NCBI GenBank assembly: GCA_947501605.1
Contig: CANMWZ010000010.1
Location: 1 to 64,000 of the forward strand
Source of the DNA: Planctomycetota bacterium
GTDB taxonomy: Bacteria; Planctomycetota; UBA1135; UBA2386
DNA: 64,000 nt
Reading direction: 5' to 3'
The translations under genes and the position numbers were made by a program. Each line of letters starts with the position of its first letter. Positions within the stretch are counted from its first letter, which is position 1. This document shows positions 47,776 through 57,239 of the stretch, one piece after another. Under the pieces are notes generated by a model, which saw only the letters and a list, made by a program, of their open reading frames with translations, was not told the origin of the DNA and ran no database searches.

Positions 47776-48707
47776 CAGTCCAACTCGACCAAGTCGTGAT
47801 CCGCTACGGCACGTTCACGGCGGTGGCAGGCATCACGGTTACGTTGCCTCAGGGCGCCGTCGGCTTGCTGGGCCGCAATGGTGCTGGCAAGAGCTCGGTG
47901 CTGAAGGCGCTGCTCGGATTGGTGAAGCCGACCTCTGGCCGCATGCGGATCCTCGATCTTCCCGAGCATGCGAGTCCGTCCGAAGTGCGTTCGCGGGTCG
48001 GCTACATGCCCGAGCGCGACTGCCATCTGCCCGGCATGACCGGGTTCGAGATGGTCAGCGTGCTGGGGCGTCTGAGCGGCCTGCCAGAACGGGATGCATA
48101 CCGCCGCGCCCACGAGGTCCTCTACTTGTGCGGGCTCGAGGAACAGCGCTACCGCCCGGTGTCCGGCTATAGCGCCGGCATGCGGCAGAAGGTCAAGCTG
48201 GCGTCAGCACTGGTGCACGACCCCCAGGTTCTGTTCCTCGACGAGCCGACAAATGGGCTCGACCCGGATGGCCGCACGGAGATGTTGGCCATGGTCAAGC
48301 AGCTCGCCGGCAAACTCGGCAAGTCGGTGGTGTTGTCCACGCACATCCTCCAAGACGTCGAGATGGTCTGCGACTCGGCCGTGGTGATGGAGAAGGGGGC
48401 CGTCGTGGCAGAGGGGCGCATCGTCGATCTGTGCAAGACCAGTGAGCGTCGGTTCCATCTTCAGGTCGAACCGGCCGGACTGACGTTGCCCGAACGAATG
48501 GCAGACGGCATCCGGATCGCTCCCTTGGGTGCCGGTCGATTCGATATCGAGGTCGACGGCGACTTGTTGCCGCACGAGATCTTCGCGCTCGTCCAGGCGA
48601 ACGGTGGCACCGTCCGCGAACTCTTGCCGCATCGCCGCTCGCTCGAAGAGGTGTTTCTCGGAGCAGTGCAGGATCACGCCCAGAAGGCGGGGGAGGCTCA
48701 CTGGTGA
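47772..48707 (+). CDS. ABC transporter ATP-binding protein
   Basis: GRNGAGKS, YSAGMRQK, LFLDEPTNGLD, STH. Confidence 0.93.
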   Translation: MTVQLDQVVIRYGTFTAVAGITVTLPQGAVGLLGRNGAGKSSVLKALLGLVKPTSGRMRILDLPEHASPSEVRSRVGYMPERDCHLPGMTGFEMVSVLGRLSGLPERDAYRRAHEVLYLCGLEEQRYRPVSGYSAGMRQKVKLASALVHDPQVLFLDEPTNGLDPDGRTEMLAMVKQLAGKLGKSVVLSTHILQDVEMVCDSAVVMEKGAVVAEGRIVDLCKTSERRFHLQVEPAGLTLPERMADGIRIAPLGAGRFDIEVDGDLLPHEIFALVQANGGTVRELLPHRRSLEEVFLGAVQDHAQKAGEAHW

Positions 48708-49597
48708 CGGTCTATGGTCTTGAGTACCGGCCGAAGGCGTACACGCCGACCGGCCCATTCCAGCGATTGCGGCCACTCGTGCACAGCGAACTCCACGTGC
48801 TGTTTCGCAGCAAGTGGGGCATCGGCCTGTATGGGCTCTGCGTGTTCCCCGTGCTGGTGCGGCTCGTCATGCTGCTCGGCTACCTGGGACTCCTGCCGCT
48901 CGGCAATCAGCTGCGCGAAACGGCGCAGGCGCTGCCGCCTGAATTGCGCTTGTTCGTGCCAGTCAACATCGAGTTCTACGTCGAGCAGGTGGTCCGCATG
49001 GATCAGGGGTTCTTCATCATGCTCGTGCTCACGGCGATGGCGACGGCGCGTGCTGTGGCCAAGGATCGTGCGACGAACGCGCTCGAGCTCTACTGGACCC
49101 GAGGCATCCGCCCCTCCGGCTATTTCTTCGGCAAGTGGTTGGGAGCGTTCTTGCTGGTCGCTTCGATCACCGTTGGCGCGCCGATGCTGCTCTGGGTCAT
49201 CGGAGTGATGTTTGCGGCGGACTGGGCATTCCTCAGCGACACGATTGGCTTCATGCCGCGGGCGTTGGCTGCGCTGGCCGTGTTCACGTTTCTTCTGACG
49301 GGCCTGTGCCTCTTGGTGTCGGCGATTGCGGCCTCGGCCAACGTCGCGACGATCCTGTGGTGCCTGCTCCTTGGCGGCTCCTCAGCAGTGGCGCAGGTGA
49401 TTTCGGAGTTGCAGGGTGGCAACGCCGGCACCTCGATCAGCGTGTGGGACGCCGCCGCAACTCTGGCGCGGGACGTAGCCGGCATCCCGGAGCGCGGAAC
49501 CAGTACCGCGGGCGCTTTGATGCTGATGACCGGGTTCGGGGTCGTGTTGGGGTGGTTCGCGCGGCGCCGCTTGCGGCTCTCGGAGGCGATCGGATGA
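48704..49597 (+). CDS. ABC-2-type transporter permease
   Basis: Multiple TMs, AKDRATNALELYWTRGI...YFFGK motif, overlaps both neighbours. Confidence 0.85.
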   Translation: MTVYGLEYRPKAYTPTGPFQRLRPLVHSELHVLFRSKWGIGLYGLCVFPVLVRLVMLLGYLGLLPLGNQLRETAQALPPELRLFVPVNIEFYVEQVVRMDQGFFIMLVLTAMATARAVAKDRATNALELYWTRGIRPSGYFFGKWLGAFLLVASITVGAPMLLWVIGVMFAADWAFLSDTIGFMPRALAALAVFTFLLTGLCLLVSAIAASANVATILWCLLLGGSSAVAQVISELQGGNAGTSISVWDAAATLARDVAGIPERGTSTAGALMLMTGFGVVLGWFARRRLRLSEAIG

Positions 49598-50541
49598 GTG
49601 TTGCAACCGAGATTTCGACAGGAGCCGCGTCGCCACGCCTGCAGTACTCCTCTGCCAGCAAGTGGTACGGCCAGGTGTCCGCCCTGATGGACGTCACACT
49701 CGCTGTCGGCAATGAGGTGGTGGGGCTCGTCGGCCGCAACGGCGCCGGCAAGTCGACTCTGATGAAGCTCGCCGCGGGACTACTGCGGCCGAGTCTGGGT
49801 GAAGTGCGGATCGCCGGCGCAATCGCTGGAACGGTCGCCGCCAATGCCGTGCTCGGGTTCAGCCCCGACCTCGATCGACTGTACGAACGCTGTAGCGGCC
49901 GGCAGTTCGTCGCCTGGATGCTGCGTCTCCATGGGCAGTCGGGGGCGACGGCGAATGCGCGGGCAGGCGAAGTCCTTGACGAGTTGGGGCTCGGACCGCA
50001 CATGCACCGTCCGATTCGGGAGTACAGCAAGGGCATGCGCCAGCGTGTCCGGCTGGCGCAGGCCTTGGCCCATCGGCCGCGAGTGCTACTGCTGGACGAA
50101 CCGATGACCGGGCTCGACCCGATTGCTCGCCATGAACTCGCAGAGCAGATCAAGCGACTTGGACGCGAGGGTTTGGGCGTGCTGGTCAGCAGTCATGTGC
50201 TGCACGAGTTGGAGGCAATCGTCGATCGCGTTGCGTTGATCCACCAAGGGCGCTTGGTCGCCGAGGGGCGGATTGGCGAACTGCGGGGCCAGTTGCGCGA
50301 ACAGCCGCACAGGATCCGTCTGCACAGTCCGTCGCCTCGAGATCTCGCCGGTCTTTTGGCAGCGTTGCCACAGGTGATCGGAATCGAATGGCGCCCCGAT
50401 TCTCTCGATGTTGCCCTGAGCGGCGAACCGGGCTTCTACGCCGCGTTGACGTCTATCGGTGCCGGAGTGCGCGGGCTCGTGCTCGACGTGCGGCCACTCG
50501 ACGACTCGTTGGCTTCGGTGTTCGGCTACCTGGTGGGTTGA
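49594..50541 (+). CDS. ABC transporter ATP-binding protein
   Basis: GRNGAGKST, YSKGMRQR, LLLDEPMTGLD, SSH. Confidence 0.93.
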   Translation: MSVATEISTGAASPRLQYSSASKWYGQVSALMDVTLAVGNEVVGLVGRNGAGKSTLMKLAAGLLRPSLGEVRIAGAIAGTVAANAVLGFSPDLDRLYERCSGRQFVAWMLRLHGQSGATANARAGEVLDELGLGPHMHRPIREYSKGMRQRVRLAQALAHRPRVLLLDEPMTGLDPIARHELAEQIKRLGREGLGVLVSSHVLHELEAIVDRVALIHQGRLVAEGRIGELRGQLREQPHRIRLHSPSPRDLAGLLAALPQVIGIEWRPDSLDVALSGEPGFYAALTSIGAGVRGLVLDVRPLDDSLASVFGYLVG

Positions 50542-50545
50542 TTCG

Positions 50546-51355
50546 ATGCATACCCTGCGAATCGTGTTCGAGATCGCGCGTCAGACCGCGCTGCTGCAGT
50601 TGCAGAACCGGTTGTTCCGCTTGCTGTGGCTCGCCTTGCTCGGCGTCGCGGCGTTGGTGTTTTTCATCGGCCTCAATGCCCCGACACACTTGCAGGGCCG
50701 ACACCTGTTCGCAGTGGCCACGTGGTGGATCCTGATGAACGTCACGATGCCATGGACGACCATGTACTTTGGTGTCCAAGCAGTGCACGGAGACGTAGAG
50801 GACCGAACGTTTCAGTACCTGTTCATCCGACCCGTTCCTCGCTTTGCCGTGTTGCTGGGCAAATGCATGGCGGTGGCTGGCTTGGCCGCGTTGAGTCATG
50901 CTTTCGGCATGGCGATGGTGTTCTTGGCGGCAGCGCTCCATCCTGATCGCTGGGCCGATGGCATCGAATGGGAGCTGTTGGTGGTGTTCGCCCAAGCGAG
51001 CTTGTTGCTGGCCGTCGCCTACTCGGCGGTTGCCTGCCTGTTCGGCGCGTTCTTCAAGCGGCCACTGGTCTGGTGCGCGGGCTTCATCCTGTTCTGCCAG
51101 ATGTTCTTGGCCAACCTGCCCTCTCAGGCTGGTATCCGGTTGGCGACCATTGCCGACCCGGTGCGCCGCTTCGTGCTCGATCGTCTCGACCCGGACCCGC
51201 GGCTTGCTCGTGCTTTGTGGCCGAGCGAGCGGAACTGGAACGATGCTCTGATCGGCAACCCGTTGCTGAACTTGTCCATCTTGGTGGCTGTCGCCCTCGT
51301 CCTCGCCCTCGTTTCGTACTCGCGCAGCGAGTACGACTCGCGCGAGCGAGAATGA
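50546..51355 (+). CDS. ABC-2-type transporter permease
   Basis: Multiple TMs, GDVEDRTFQYLFIRPVPR...LLGK motif. Confidence 0.85.
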   Translation: MHTLRIVFEIARQTALLQLQNRLFRLLWLALLGVAALVFFIGLNAPTHLQGRHLFAVATWWILMNVTMPWTTMYFGVQAVHGDVEDRTFQYLFIRPVPRFAVLLGKCMAVAGLAALSHAFGMAMVFLAAALHPDRWADGIEWELLVVFAQASLLLAVAYSAVACLFGAFFKRPLVWCAGFILFCQMFLANLPSQAGIRLATIADPVRRFVLDRLDPDPRLARALWPSERNWNDALIGNPLLNLSILVAVALVLALVSYSRSEYDSRERE

Positions 51356-51382
51356 CCTCCTTCGGGGCCTCGCGCGCTGCGC

Positions 51383-52720
51383 ATGCCGAATAGTCCACTG
51401 AATCCGGGACTGCTGATCCCCGGCGAGGCACCCCAGACGCGCCACCTGCTCTCGCAGGTTGCATGGTTCAACCGCTTGCGCATCTACGCCGCCGCTGGAG
51501 TGGTGTGGGGCACGGCGTTGGCAACGCATGTGATCGCCGTCGTCGAGCAGCCGTGGCCGCTGTACTCGCTGGGCGCGCTGATTGCGCTCGTCGACGGCGG
51601 CTACATGCTGTACTTCCCGACGCTGTCGCGGCTGTCGATCCGGCACGTTCGCAGACACGTGTTCTCGCAGATCACCATCGACCTGCTGATCCTGACGACG
51701 CTGCTGCACTTCACCGGCGGAGTCACCAATCCGCTGCTGTCCTTCTACCTGTTCCACGCGTTCATCGCGGCGCTGGTGCTGTCCGAGGTTGCGGGCTTTG
51801 CCGTGGGTGCGATGTCGTTGGTGTTGGTTTGCGGGCTCGCGTTCGGCGAACGCTCAGGGCTGCTGTCGCACCACCCACTGTCCCTGGGTCTGGTGGACCT
51901 CTTTGCCGTCGAGCCGCTGGGGTTTGCGCTGGTGCTGTTTGCCTTTGCGACGACGTTGGCGTGCTCCGTCTACTTTGTCGCGCAGGTCCTGCGGCGGCTG
52001 CGCGCGGGCGAAGCCCAGCTCATCCGTATGGGGCGTCACCTGGCTCTGAGTGAAAAGCTCGCCTCGATCGGGACTCTGGCGGCCGGAGTCAGCCATGAGA
52101 TCAACAACCCTGTCGGCGTCATCGCCAACAAGGTGCAGGTGCTGCGCTACCGGGTGCAGGACGGGGACGAACCGCAGAAGCTGCTCTTGGAACTCGATGT
52201 CGTCGAGAAGCACGCTCGCCGGATCGGCCAGATCACTGCTGGGCTGCTGGCGTTCTCGCGCGAGACGCCGTTCGAGTTGCGCTCGGTCGATGTTGCGCAA
52301 CTGGTCCGCGAAGCCGTCGACCTCGTGCGGGTGCCGTTCCGGTCGGCTCAGGTCGAGTTGCGCGTGTCACCAGGAGACGCTGTGACGGTGCTCGGGTCGA
52401 CGAATCACCTGCTGCAGGTGCTCATCAACATCCTGCTCAACGCCAAGGACGCGTCGTCGGTGGGCCGCGAGGTGGAACTGCGATGGGAGCACTTGGGGTC
52501 GGAGGCGGCGATCTCGATCGTCGATGAAGGCACCGGGATTCCGCCGGACGTGCTGGCAAAAGTGTTCGACCCGTTCTTCACCACGAAGGACGTGGACAAG
52601 GGCACAGGTCTTGGCCTCGCGATCAGTCACGGGATCGTGGAGCGGCACCACGGCCGCATCGAGGTCGAGTCGAAGCTCGGGGAAGGGACGGTGTTCCGAG
52701 TCATCCTGCCGACCGAGTGA
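51383..52720 (+). CDS. Membrane sensor histidine kinase (NtrB-like)
   Basis: Multi-TM N-terminus ([11 protein letters not shown]), [50 protein letters not shown]. Confidence 0.93.
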   Translation: MPNSPLNPGLLIPGEAPQTRHLLSQVAWFNRLRIYAAAGVVWGTALATHVIAVVEQPWPLYSLGALIALVDGGYMLYFPTLSRLSIRHVRRHVFSQITIDLLILTTLLHFTGGVTNPLLSFYLFHAFIAALVLSEVAGFAVGAMSLVLVCGLAFGERSGLLSHHPLSLGLVDLFAVEPLGFALVLFAFATTLACSVYFVAQVLRRLRAGEAQLIRMGRHLALSEKLASIGTLAAGVSHEINNPVGVIANKVQVLRYRVQDGDEPQKLLLELDVVEKHARRIGQITAGLLAFSRETPFELRSVDVAQLVREAVDLVRVPFRSAQVELRVSPGDAVTVLGSTNHLLQVLINILLNAKDASSVGREVELRWEHLGSEAAISIVDEGTGIPPDVLAKVFDPFFTTKDVDKGTGLGLAISHGIVERHHGRIEVESKLGEGTVFRVILPTE

Positions 52721-52823
52721 AGTCGCACGTCGTTGCGGTGGCTGCGGCGCGCTGCGACGACATCTGGTGGCGGCAACGTCAAGAAGTGCTTGCGGGGCGG
52801 CGCACGCGCCGTAGCCTCTGCGC

Positions 52824-53051
52824 CTGTGTTGGGCGGTCGCACCTTGGGAGGGGGCCACCTGCACGAACCGCCAGGACTAGGCATCCTGGTGGTTCGCTCT
52901 GGTCGCTCGTTCGCGGGCTTGGTCGGCTTGCCGACTGCGGCAGATTCCGGTTGGGACCGGTCTTCGACAAGCAAGGCTGCTCGCTGTCGCTGCTCGCGGA
53001 TGAGCCTAGGGAAACCGCGCCGTCGGGGTGCAAGCTCCGGCGGCGCTCTTT
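52824..53051 (+). ncRNA. Candidate structured non-coding RNA (unidentified)
   Basis: No credible ORF. Promoter-like TTGCGG-16-TAGCCT upstream, stems 52864-52896 and 53017-53046 with G-U pairs valid only on the + strand, ending in TCTTT. Confidence 0.4.
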
Positions 53052-53187
53052 ATCGATGCTGGGCCCGAGCCATCGATTGCGGTGTTGGCCGGCAGCGCCC
53101 GCCTCGCAGTCGGGTGCGGAGCCGATCCAGCGGAGGTGAGGCCAGCCGTCGCCGGGCCAGCGTTCGAGTCGGCTGGCGGCAGAAACA

Positions 53188-53222
53188 ACGCAGGCCGCTT
53201 GGTGGAACCAAGCGGCCTGCGT
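53188..53222 (-). terminator. Terminator of the tex operon
   Basis: 16-bp perfect stem ACGCAGGCCGCTTGGT / ACCAAGCGGCCTGCGT, followed by TGTTTCT on the minus strand. Confidence 0.75.
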
Positions 53223-53282
53223 AAGTGCTCATGCCACCCTCCGGAGCAGTGGCCTCCGGGGACGGCTGCGTGTGAGCGATCG

Positions 53283-53504
53283 TCAGAGTTTGACGTCGAC
53301 GACCTGATCGACACGGAAATCAAAGCTGATCTCCTCGTCGATGTTGATCAGGCGGCCCGTGCCCTTGAACTCGTTGAAGATGATGGCGCCCGACAGCGAG
53401 CGGCCATCATCGAGAGACAGCTGCACCCAGTCGGCTTGACGGGCGTTCATCAGCAGGTCGTAGACCTCTTCCCGCGTGGGGCGAGTGACATTGCGCTCAG
53501 CCAT
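53283..53504 (-). CDS. Small hypothetical protein, possible Sm/Hfq- or SH3-like fold
   Basis: Strong purine-rich RBS (GGAG..AGAGG), coding-like composition, helix followed by VQLSLDDGRSLSGAI. Confidence 0.7.
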   Translation of the reverse strand: MAERNVTRPTREEVYDLLMNARQADWVQLSLDDGRSLSGAIIFNEFKGTGRLINIDEEISFDFRVDQVVDVKL

Positions 53505-54231
53505 TTTCATTCCTCTCTACTCCTTCCGTTTGCGCGGAACGTGTCCGCAGCGCTCGGGAAACCGCATTGGGACCGGCAAGGCCGGCTTGGAACAGTATCC
53601 GTGACCAGGATTCGAATCGGGCCGGATCTTGCCACAGGTTGTCCAACTCAGCAAGGTGCCGGAAGCCCCCAGCCATTTTGGAGACCTCGCGAACGCGCAC
53701 GATGGGCACGCCGGGAGCCGGGCTCGGGAAATCGAGGGCGTAGACCAAGCCGCAATGTACGCGACCGACTTCGGTCGCGTCGTCGTTGAGCAGGCCGCAA
53801 AAAGCCGGTTTGGGCACGTCGCGGACCTCGCCGTCGGCCGTCGCCGCCGCGGTGACGAAGGCGAGTTCTTCCTCGAGTTCCTGCAGCAGCGCGGCCGCGA
53901 AGAAGCTGTGAGACCCGGTCAGGGCTGCGGGCCTCGGGTTGATGTGGCCACCGATGCCGATCGAGAGCAGATTGTGTAGGCGCACCTCGGTCTGCGCCTG
54001 CTTTCGCTGCACGCAGAACACCTGCGCGGGGCGGCGCAGCACGCAGTACGGAATCAGCTGCTTCCATTCCGGGTTCTGCTCGGCCTCGGGGCGGCCGACG
54101 AAGAAACCACGCTGGACGAATTCGTCGAGCATTCCGGCCGTGTGGGCCCCTTGCTCGAGGAAACCCTGCGGCCAGTCACCGCCGAAAAAGTCGCGACGGG
54201 CGACAACGAAGACTTCTTCCACGGCGGCCAT
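53497..54231 (-). CDS. Predicted NUDIX-family phosphoesterase (YmaB/COG4112-like)
   Basis: AEQNPEWKQLIPY, RLHNLLSIGIGGHIN, QELEEEL, GLLNDDATEVGRVHCG, FESWS. Confidence 0.82.
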   Translation of the reverse strand: MAAVEEVFVVARRDFFGGDWPQGFLEQGAHTAGMLDEFVQRGFFVGRPEAEQNPEWKQLIPYCVLRRPAQVFCVQRKQAQTEVRLHNLLSIGIGGHINPRPAALTGSHSFFAAALLQELEEELAFVTAAATADGEVRDVPKPAFCGLLNDDATEVGRVHCGLVYALDFPSPAPGVPIVRVREVSKMAGGFRHLAELDNLWQDPARFESWSRILFQAGLAGPNAVSRALRTRSAQTEGVERNENG

Positions 54232-54247
54232 CGATGGGTCTCGCCTC

Positions 54248-56989
54248 TCAGCTCTTCGAGCCGTCGCCCGAGCCCCCATCGCCCGAGCTTCCGTCGCCCT
54301 TGGACTTGGGCTCGGCCTGCTTTTGCAGCAGGTTGCGGAGGCCCGCGAGCGAGGTCAACTCGCCGCGGTGGCCCTTGGTCTCCGCTGCTTCGCGACCGCT
54401 CTCGATCGTGAACACGCGCGGATCGTTGGCGCGGCCAGGACCGCGATCGTCGCGATCGCGCCCGCCACGGTCCCCGCGATCGTCGCGGCCGCCAAAGCGG
54501 CTACCCCGGCCGCCACCATCGCGGCCACCAAAGCGCCCGCCGCCGCCTTCGCGACCGCGTCCACCGTGGCGCTCACCGCCGCCCTTCTGGCCTTCTCCGA
54601 CGGCTGCCGGCGTTGCGCCTTCGACCGGCGCTTCGCCGCTCTCGAGCAGCATCCGATCCTTCTCGGGCTTGCCTTCCGGGGTCAGCGGCGCCGAACGGTT
54701 GCGGCCGCGGCGGCTTTCCGGGGCCCGCGCGGCGCGCGACAACACCGGTGTCTGCGGCTCGTCGCGGCGCGGGCGGCGCTCACGGCGATCGGCCGGGCGA
54801 TCGAGTTTCTCGCCGAGCGTGGGGGCCCGCCCTTCGAACACGTGACGCGGCGGGTGCATCGTCAGCGAGATCTTGCGCGTCTCCAGGTCAAGGTGCGCGA
54901 TCCAGACTTGCACGACCTCGCCGACGCGTAGCATTTGCTGCGGGTCGCGGAGCCGGTAGCCGGGGATCTGCGAGATGTGGATCAGCCCGTCCTGACCGAT
55001 GCCGAGATCGACGAACGCGCCGAACTCTGTGAGATTGGCGATCCGACCCCGCAGTTCGAGGTCGACTCGCAAGTCGGCCATCGTGTGCACGCCCTGGTTG
55101 GTCGTCGCGGTTAGTTCCCCGCGCGCGTCCGTGCTGGCGTTGCGCAGCGCATTCACGGTGTTCAGCACACGTTGACGGTCGACATCCGGGCCGGTGAAGG
55201 CATCAAGGTCCGCATCCCGCAGGTCCTTGCCGAACAGCTCTTGGACCGCGACGCCCTGCTTCTGCGCGATCGCGCGGGCGATGTCGTAGTCTTGCGGCAG
55301 CACCGGGCTGCGATCGAGTGGCTCGTCGCCGCCTTCGATGTGGAGGAAGCTGCTGAAGTTGGCGACGGTTGCTGCATCAAAACCCGCAACCTCGAGTAGC
55401 TGCGCCCGATTGCGGAAGCCGCCGATCTTCTTCTTGTGGTCCAGGATCGACTTGGCGCGCTCCGCGCCGACGCCGGGCACATAGGCCAACAGATCGAGAT
55501 CTGCCGTGTTCAGGTCGACCCCGACGGCGCCGACGCACGAGCTGACGACGGCGTCGAGCTCGCGCTCCAGCACGCCCTGGTGCACGTCATCCAGGGTCTG
55601 GCCGAGTCCCAGTGTGCGGAACTCCATCCCGAGCAATTCGCGCATCGGGTCCTGCAGCCGGCGGCCCAGTGAGATCGCAGTGCGCACGCCGACTTCGACG
55701 CCAGGCATCGCGCGGCGGCCGGTGGAGCTGGTCGCGAAGATCGCCGAAGCCGCTTCGTCGACCGGGATCAGCATCGGTAGCTCTTCTTTGGTGAGCGACT
55801 GGCGCAATGACTCGACGAGTTTCTCGGCGGCAATCTGGCGCTTGCCGTGCGGCAGTGCGATCGCGGCCGGCTTCTCGGTGCGGATCAAGGTGCAGAGTTC
55901 CGCGACCATCGCCGAGCGCTGTTCGTCGGTCTCGCTGTGCAGCGTCTTGTGCTGTGCGACCGAGCCATCTTCGCCGAGCAGGGCGAGCCACACCGTCTTG
56001 CTGCTGTTGCGCAGAGCCAGCACCTTCTTGTGCCCGAGCGGGGGGGCCATCAACTGCGAGCGGAGGTTGCGCGCGTAGGTGCGCACCGCTTCGCGGTCGG
56101 CCTTCTCTTTGAGGCGGCGACGGACATCGCGACCGCAGCCAGCGCACAAGCCGCTCTGCCAGGCGTGGTCGAAGACGACGTCATAGAACTCGCGCAGCGG
56201 CGAATCGGCCGGCAAGTCGTCACAGTGCAAGGATCGCAGCACCTCGCGGTGCTGTTGGTCGGGCAGCGTCAGTTCGAGCTCAAGGATCTTCTCACGCTCG
56301 GCGCGGCGCAGCGCCAGCATGCGGCTGGCAGAGATACGGCTGATGGGCTCGGCGAAGTTGAAGAACTGCTCATAGCGTTCTTGACCACCCTTGCCGGGAT
56401 TGACAGCCTTGGCGCGCAGGACGCCGCGGCGCAGTTCGTCGCGACACTTTGCCCGCGTCGTTGGATCGAGCACGATCTTCTCGGCGAGGATCAAGGCAAC
56501 GCCTTCGAGTACGGACTCCACGGACGGCATGCCGTTCGCTTCCGACACGTACTGCTGCGCGGCTTCGGCGAGGCCTTGTTCCCCGAGTTGCCGGTGCTGG
56601 ATCGCCAAGGCCAATGGCAGCAGGCCCTTCTCCTCCATCTGCATCGCCGTCGTGCGGCGGCGCGGACGCAGCGACTGGTAGAGATCGTCGATCAGGTCCT
56701 GGTCGAAGCAGGTCTGCAGCATTGTGCGCAGCGGCTCGACCTCCCGACCGCGCTCCTGCGCTTGCTGGAGGATCGCATCCTTGCGCTGCTCCAGTTCGAG
56801 GAGGAAGTGCAGCCGGTCCGCGATCGCCGCCAGCCGGTCTTCCGGCATGCCGCCGCACAGGTGGCGACGGAAGCGAGCGATGAGGACGGGCGGCTCACCG
56901 TGTTCGAGCAGGGACACCGCGGCGGCGATGTGGTCCTTGTTGCTGTCGAATTCGGCGCAGAGACGATCGAGGGTGGCGTCGTTTGCCAT
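54248..56989 (-). CDS. Tex/YhgF-like RNA-binding protein (HhH + S1) with RGG-rich tail
   Basis: DDLYQSLRPRRRT, RMLALRRAERE, AISLGRRLQDP, VGVDLNTA, S1 domain NLTEFGAFVDLGIGQDGLIHISQ. Start MANDATL assumed. Confidence 0.88.
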   Translation of the reverse strand: MANDATLDRLCAEFDSNKDHIAAAVSLLEHGEPPVLIARFRRHLCGGMPEDRLAAIADRLHFLLELEQRKDAILQQAQERGREVEPLRTMLQTCFDQDLIDDLYQSLRPRRRTTAMQMEEKGLLPLALAIQHRQLGEQGLAEAAQQYVSEANGMPSVESVLEGVALILAEKIVLDPTTRAKCRDELRRGVLRAKAVNPGKGGQERYEQFFNFAEPISRISASRMLALRRAEREKILELELTLPDQQHREVLRSLHCDDLPADSPLREFYDVVFDHAWQSGLCAGCGRDVRRRLKEKADREAVRTYARNLRSQLMAPPLGHKKVLALRNSSKTVWLALLGEDGSVAQHKTLHSETDEQRSAMVAELCTLIRTEKPAAIALPHGKRQIAAEKLVESLRQSLTKEELPMLIPVDEAASAIFATSSTGRRAMPGVEVGVRTAISLGRRLQDPMRELLGMEFRTLGLGQTLDDVHQGVLERELDAVVSSCVGAVGVDLNTADLDLLAYVPGVGAERAKSILDHKKKIGGFRNRAQLLEVAGFDAATVANFSSFLHIEGGDEPLDRSPVLPQDYDIARAIAQKQGVAVQELFGKDLRDADLDAFTGPDVDRQRVLNTVNALRNASTDARGELTATTNQGVHTMADLRVDLELRGRIANLTEFGAFVDLGIGQDGLIHISQIPGYRLRDPQQMLRVGEVVQVWIAHLDLETRKISLTMHPPRHVFEGRAPTLGEKLDRPADRRERRPRRDEPQTPVLSRAARAPESRRGRNRSAPLTPEGKPEKDRMLLESGEAPVEGATPAAVGEGQKGGGERHGGRGREGGGGRFGGRDGGGRGSRFGGRDDRGDRGGRDRDDRGPGRANDPRVFTIESGREAAETKGHRGELTSLAGLRNLLQKQAEPKSKGDGSSGDGGSGDGSKS

Positions 56990-57239
56990 GGGGCTTAGCC
57001 GTGGGGGATCCCAGGCTGGCTGTCTTCGGGAGAGAACCTGTGGACGGAGGATCCTGCTGCAGCGGGCTGCAGCGTGCGGCGAAAGCGCAGGGTCGCTAGG
57101 CGGCGCGGAAACGGCGCGGAACCATAGCAGACATCTTCGCCGGACCACAGGGGCCCATGGCCAGACCCGCGGCGTTCGCGCCCAGGCGGAGGACAGAACG
57201 TTGCGGTGGGCCCTCCTGGACTCCAAGATCAGATCCCCG

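Noticed and set aside
53000..53050. Cobalamin riboswitch or tmRNA/tRNA-like end suggested by AGGGAA...GGTGCAAG
   Set aside because: The spacing does not fit, there is no B12-box or CCA end, and no downstream gene in the sense orientation.
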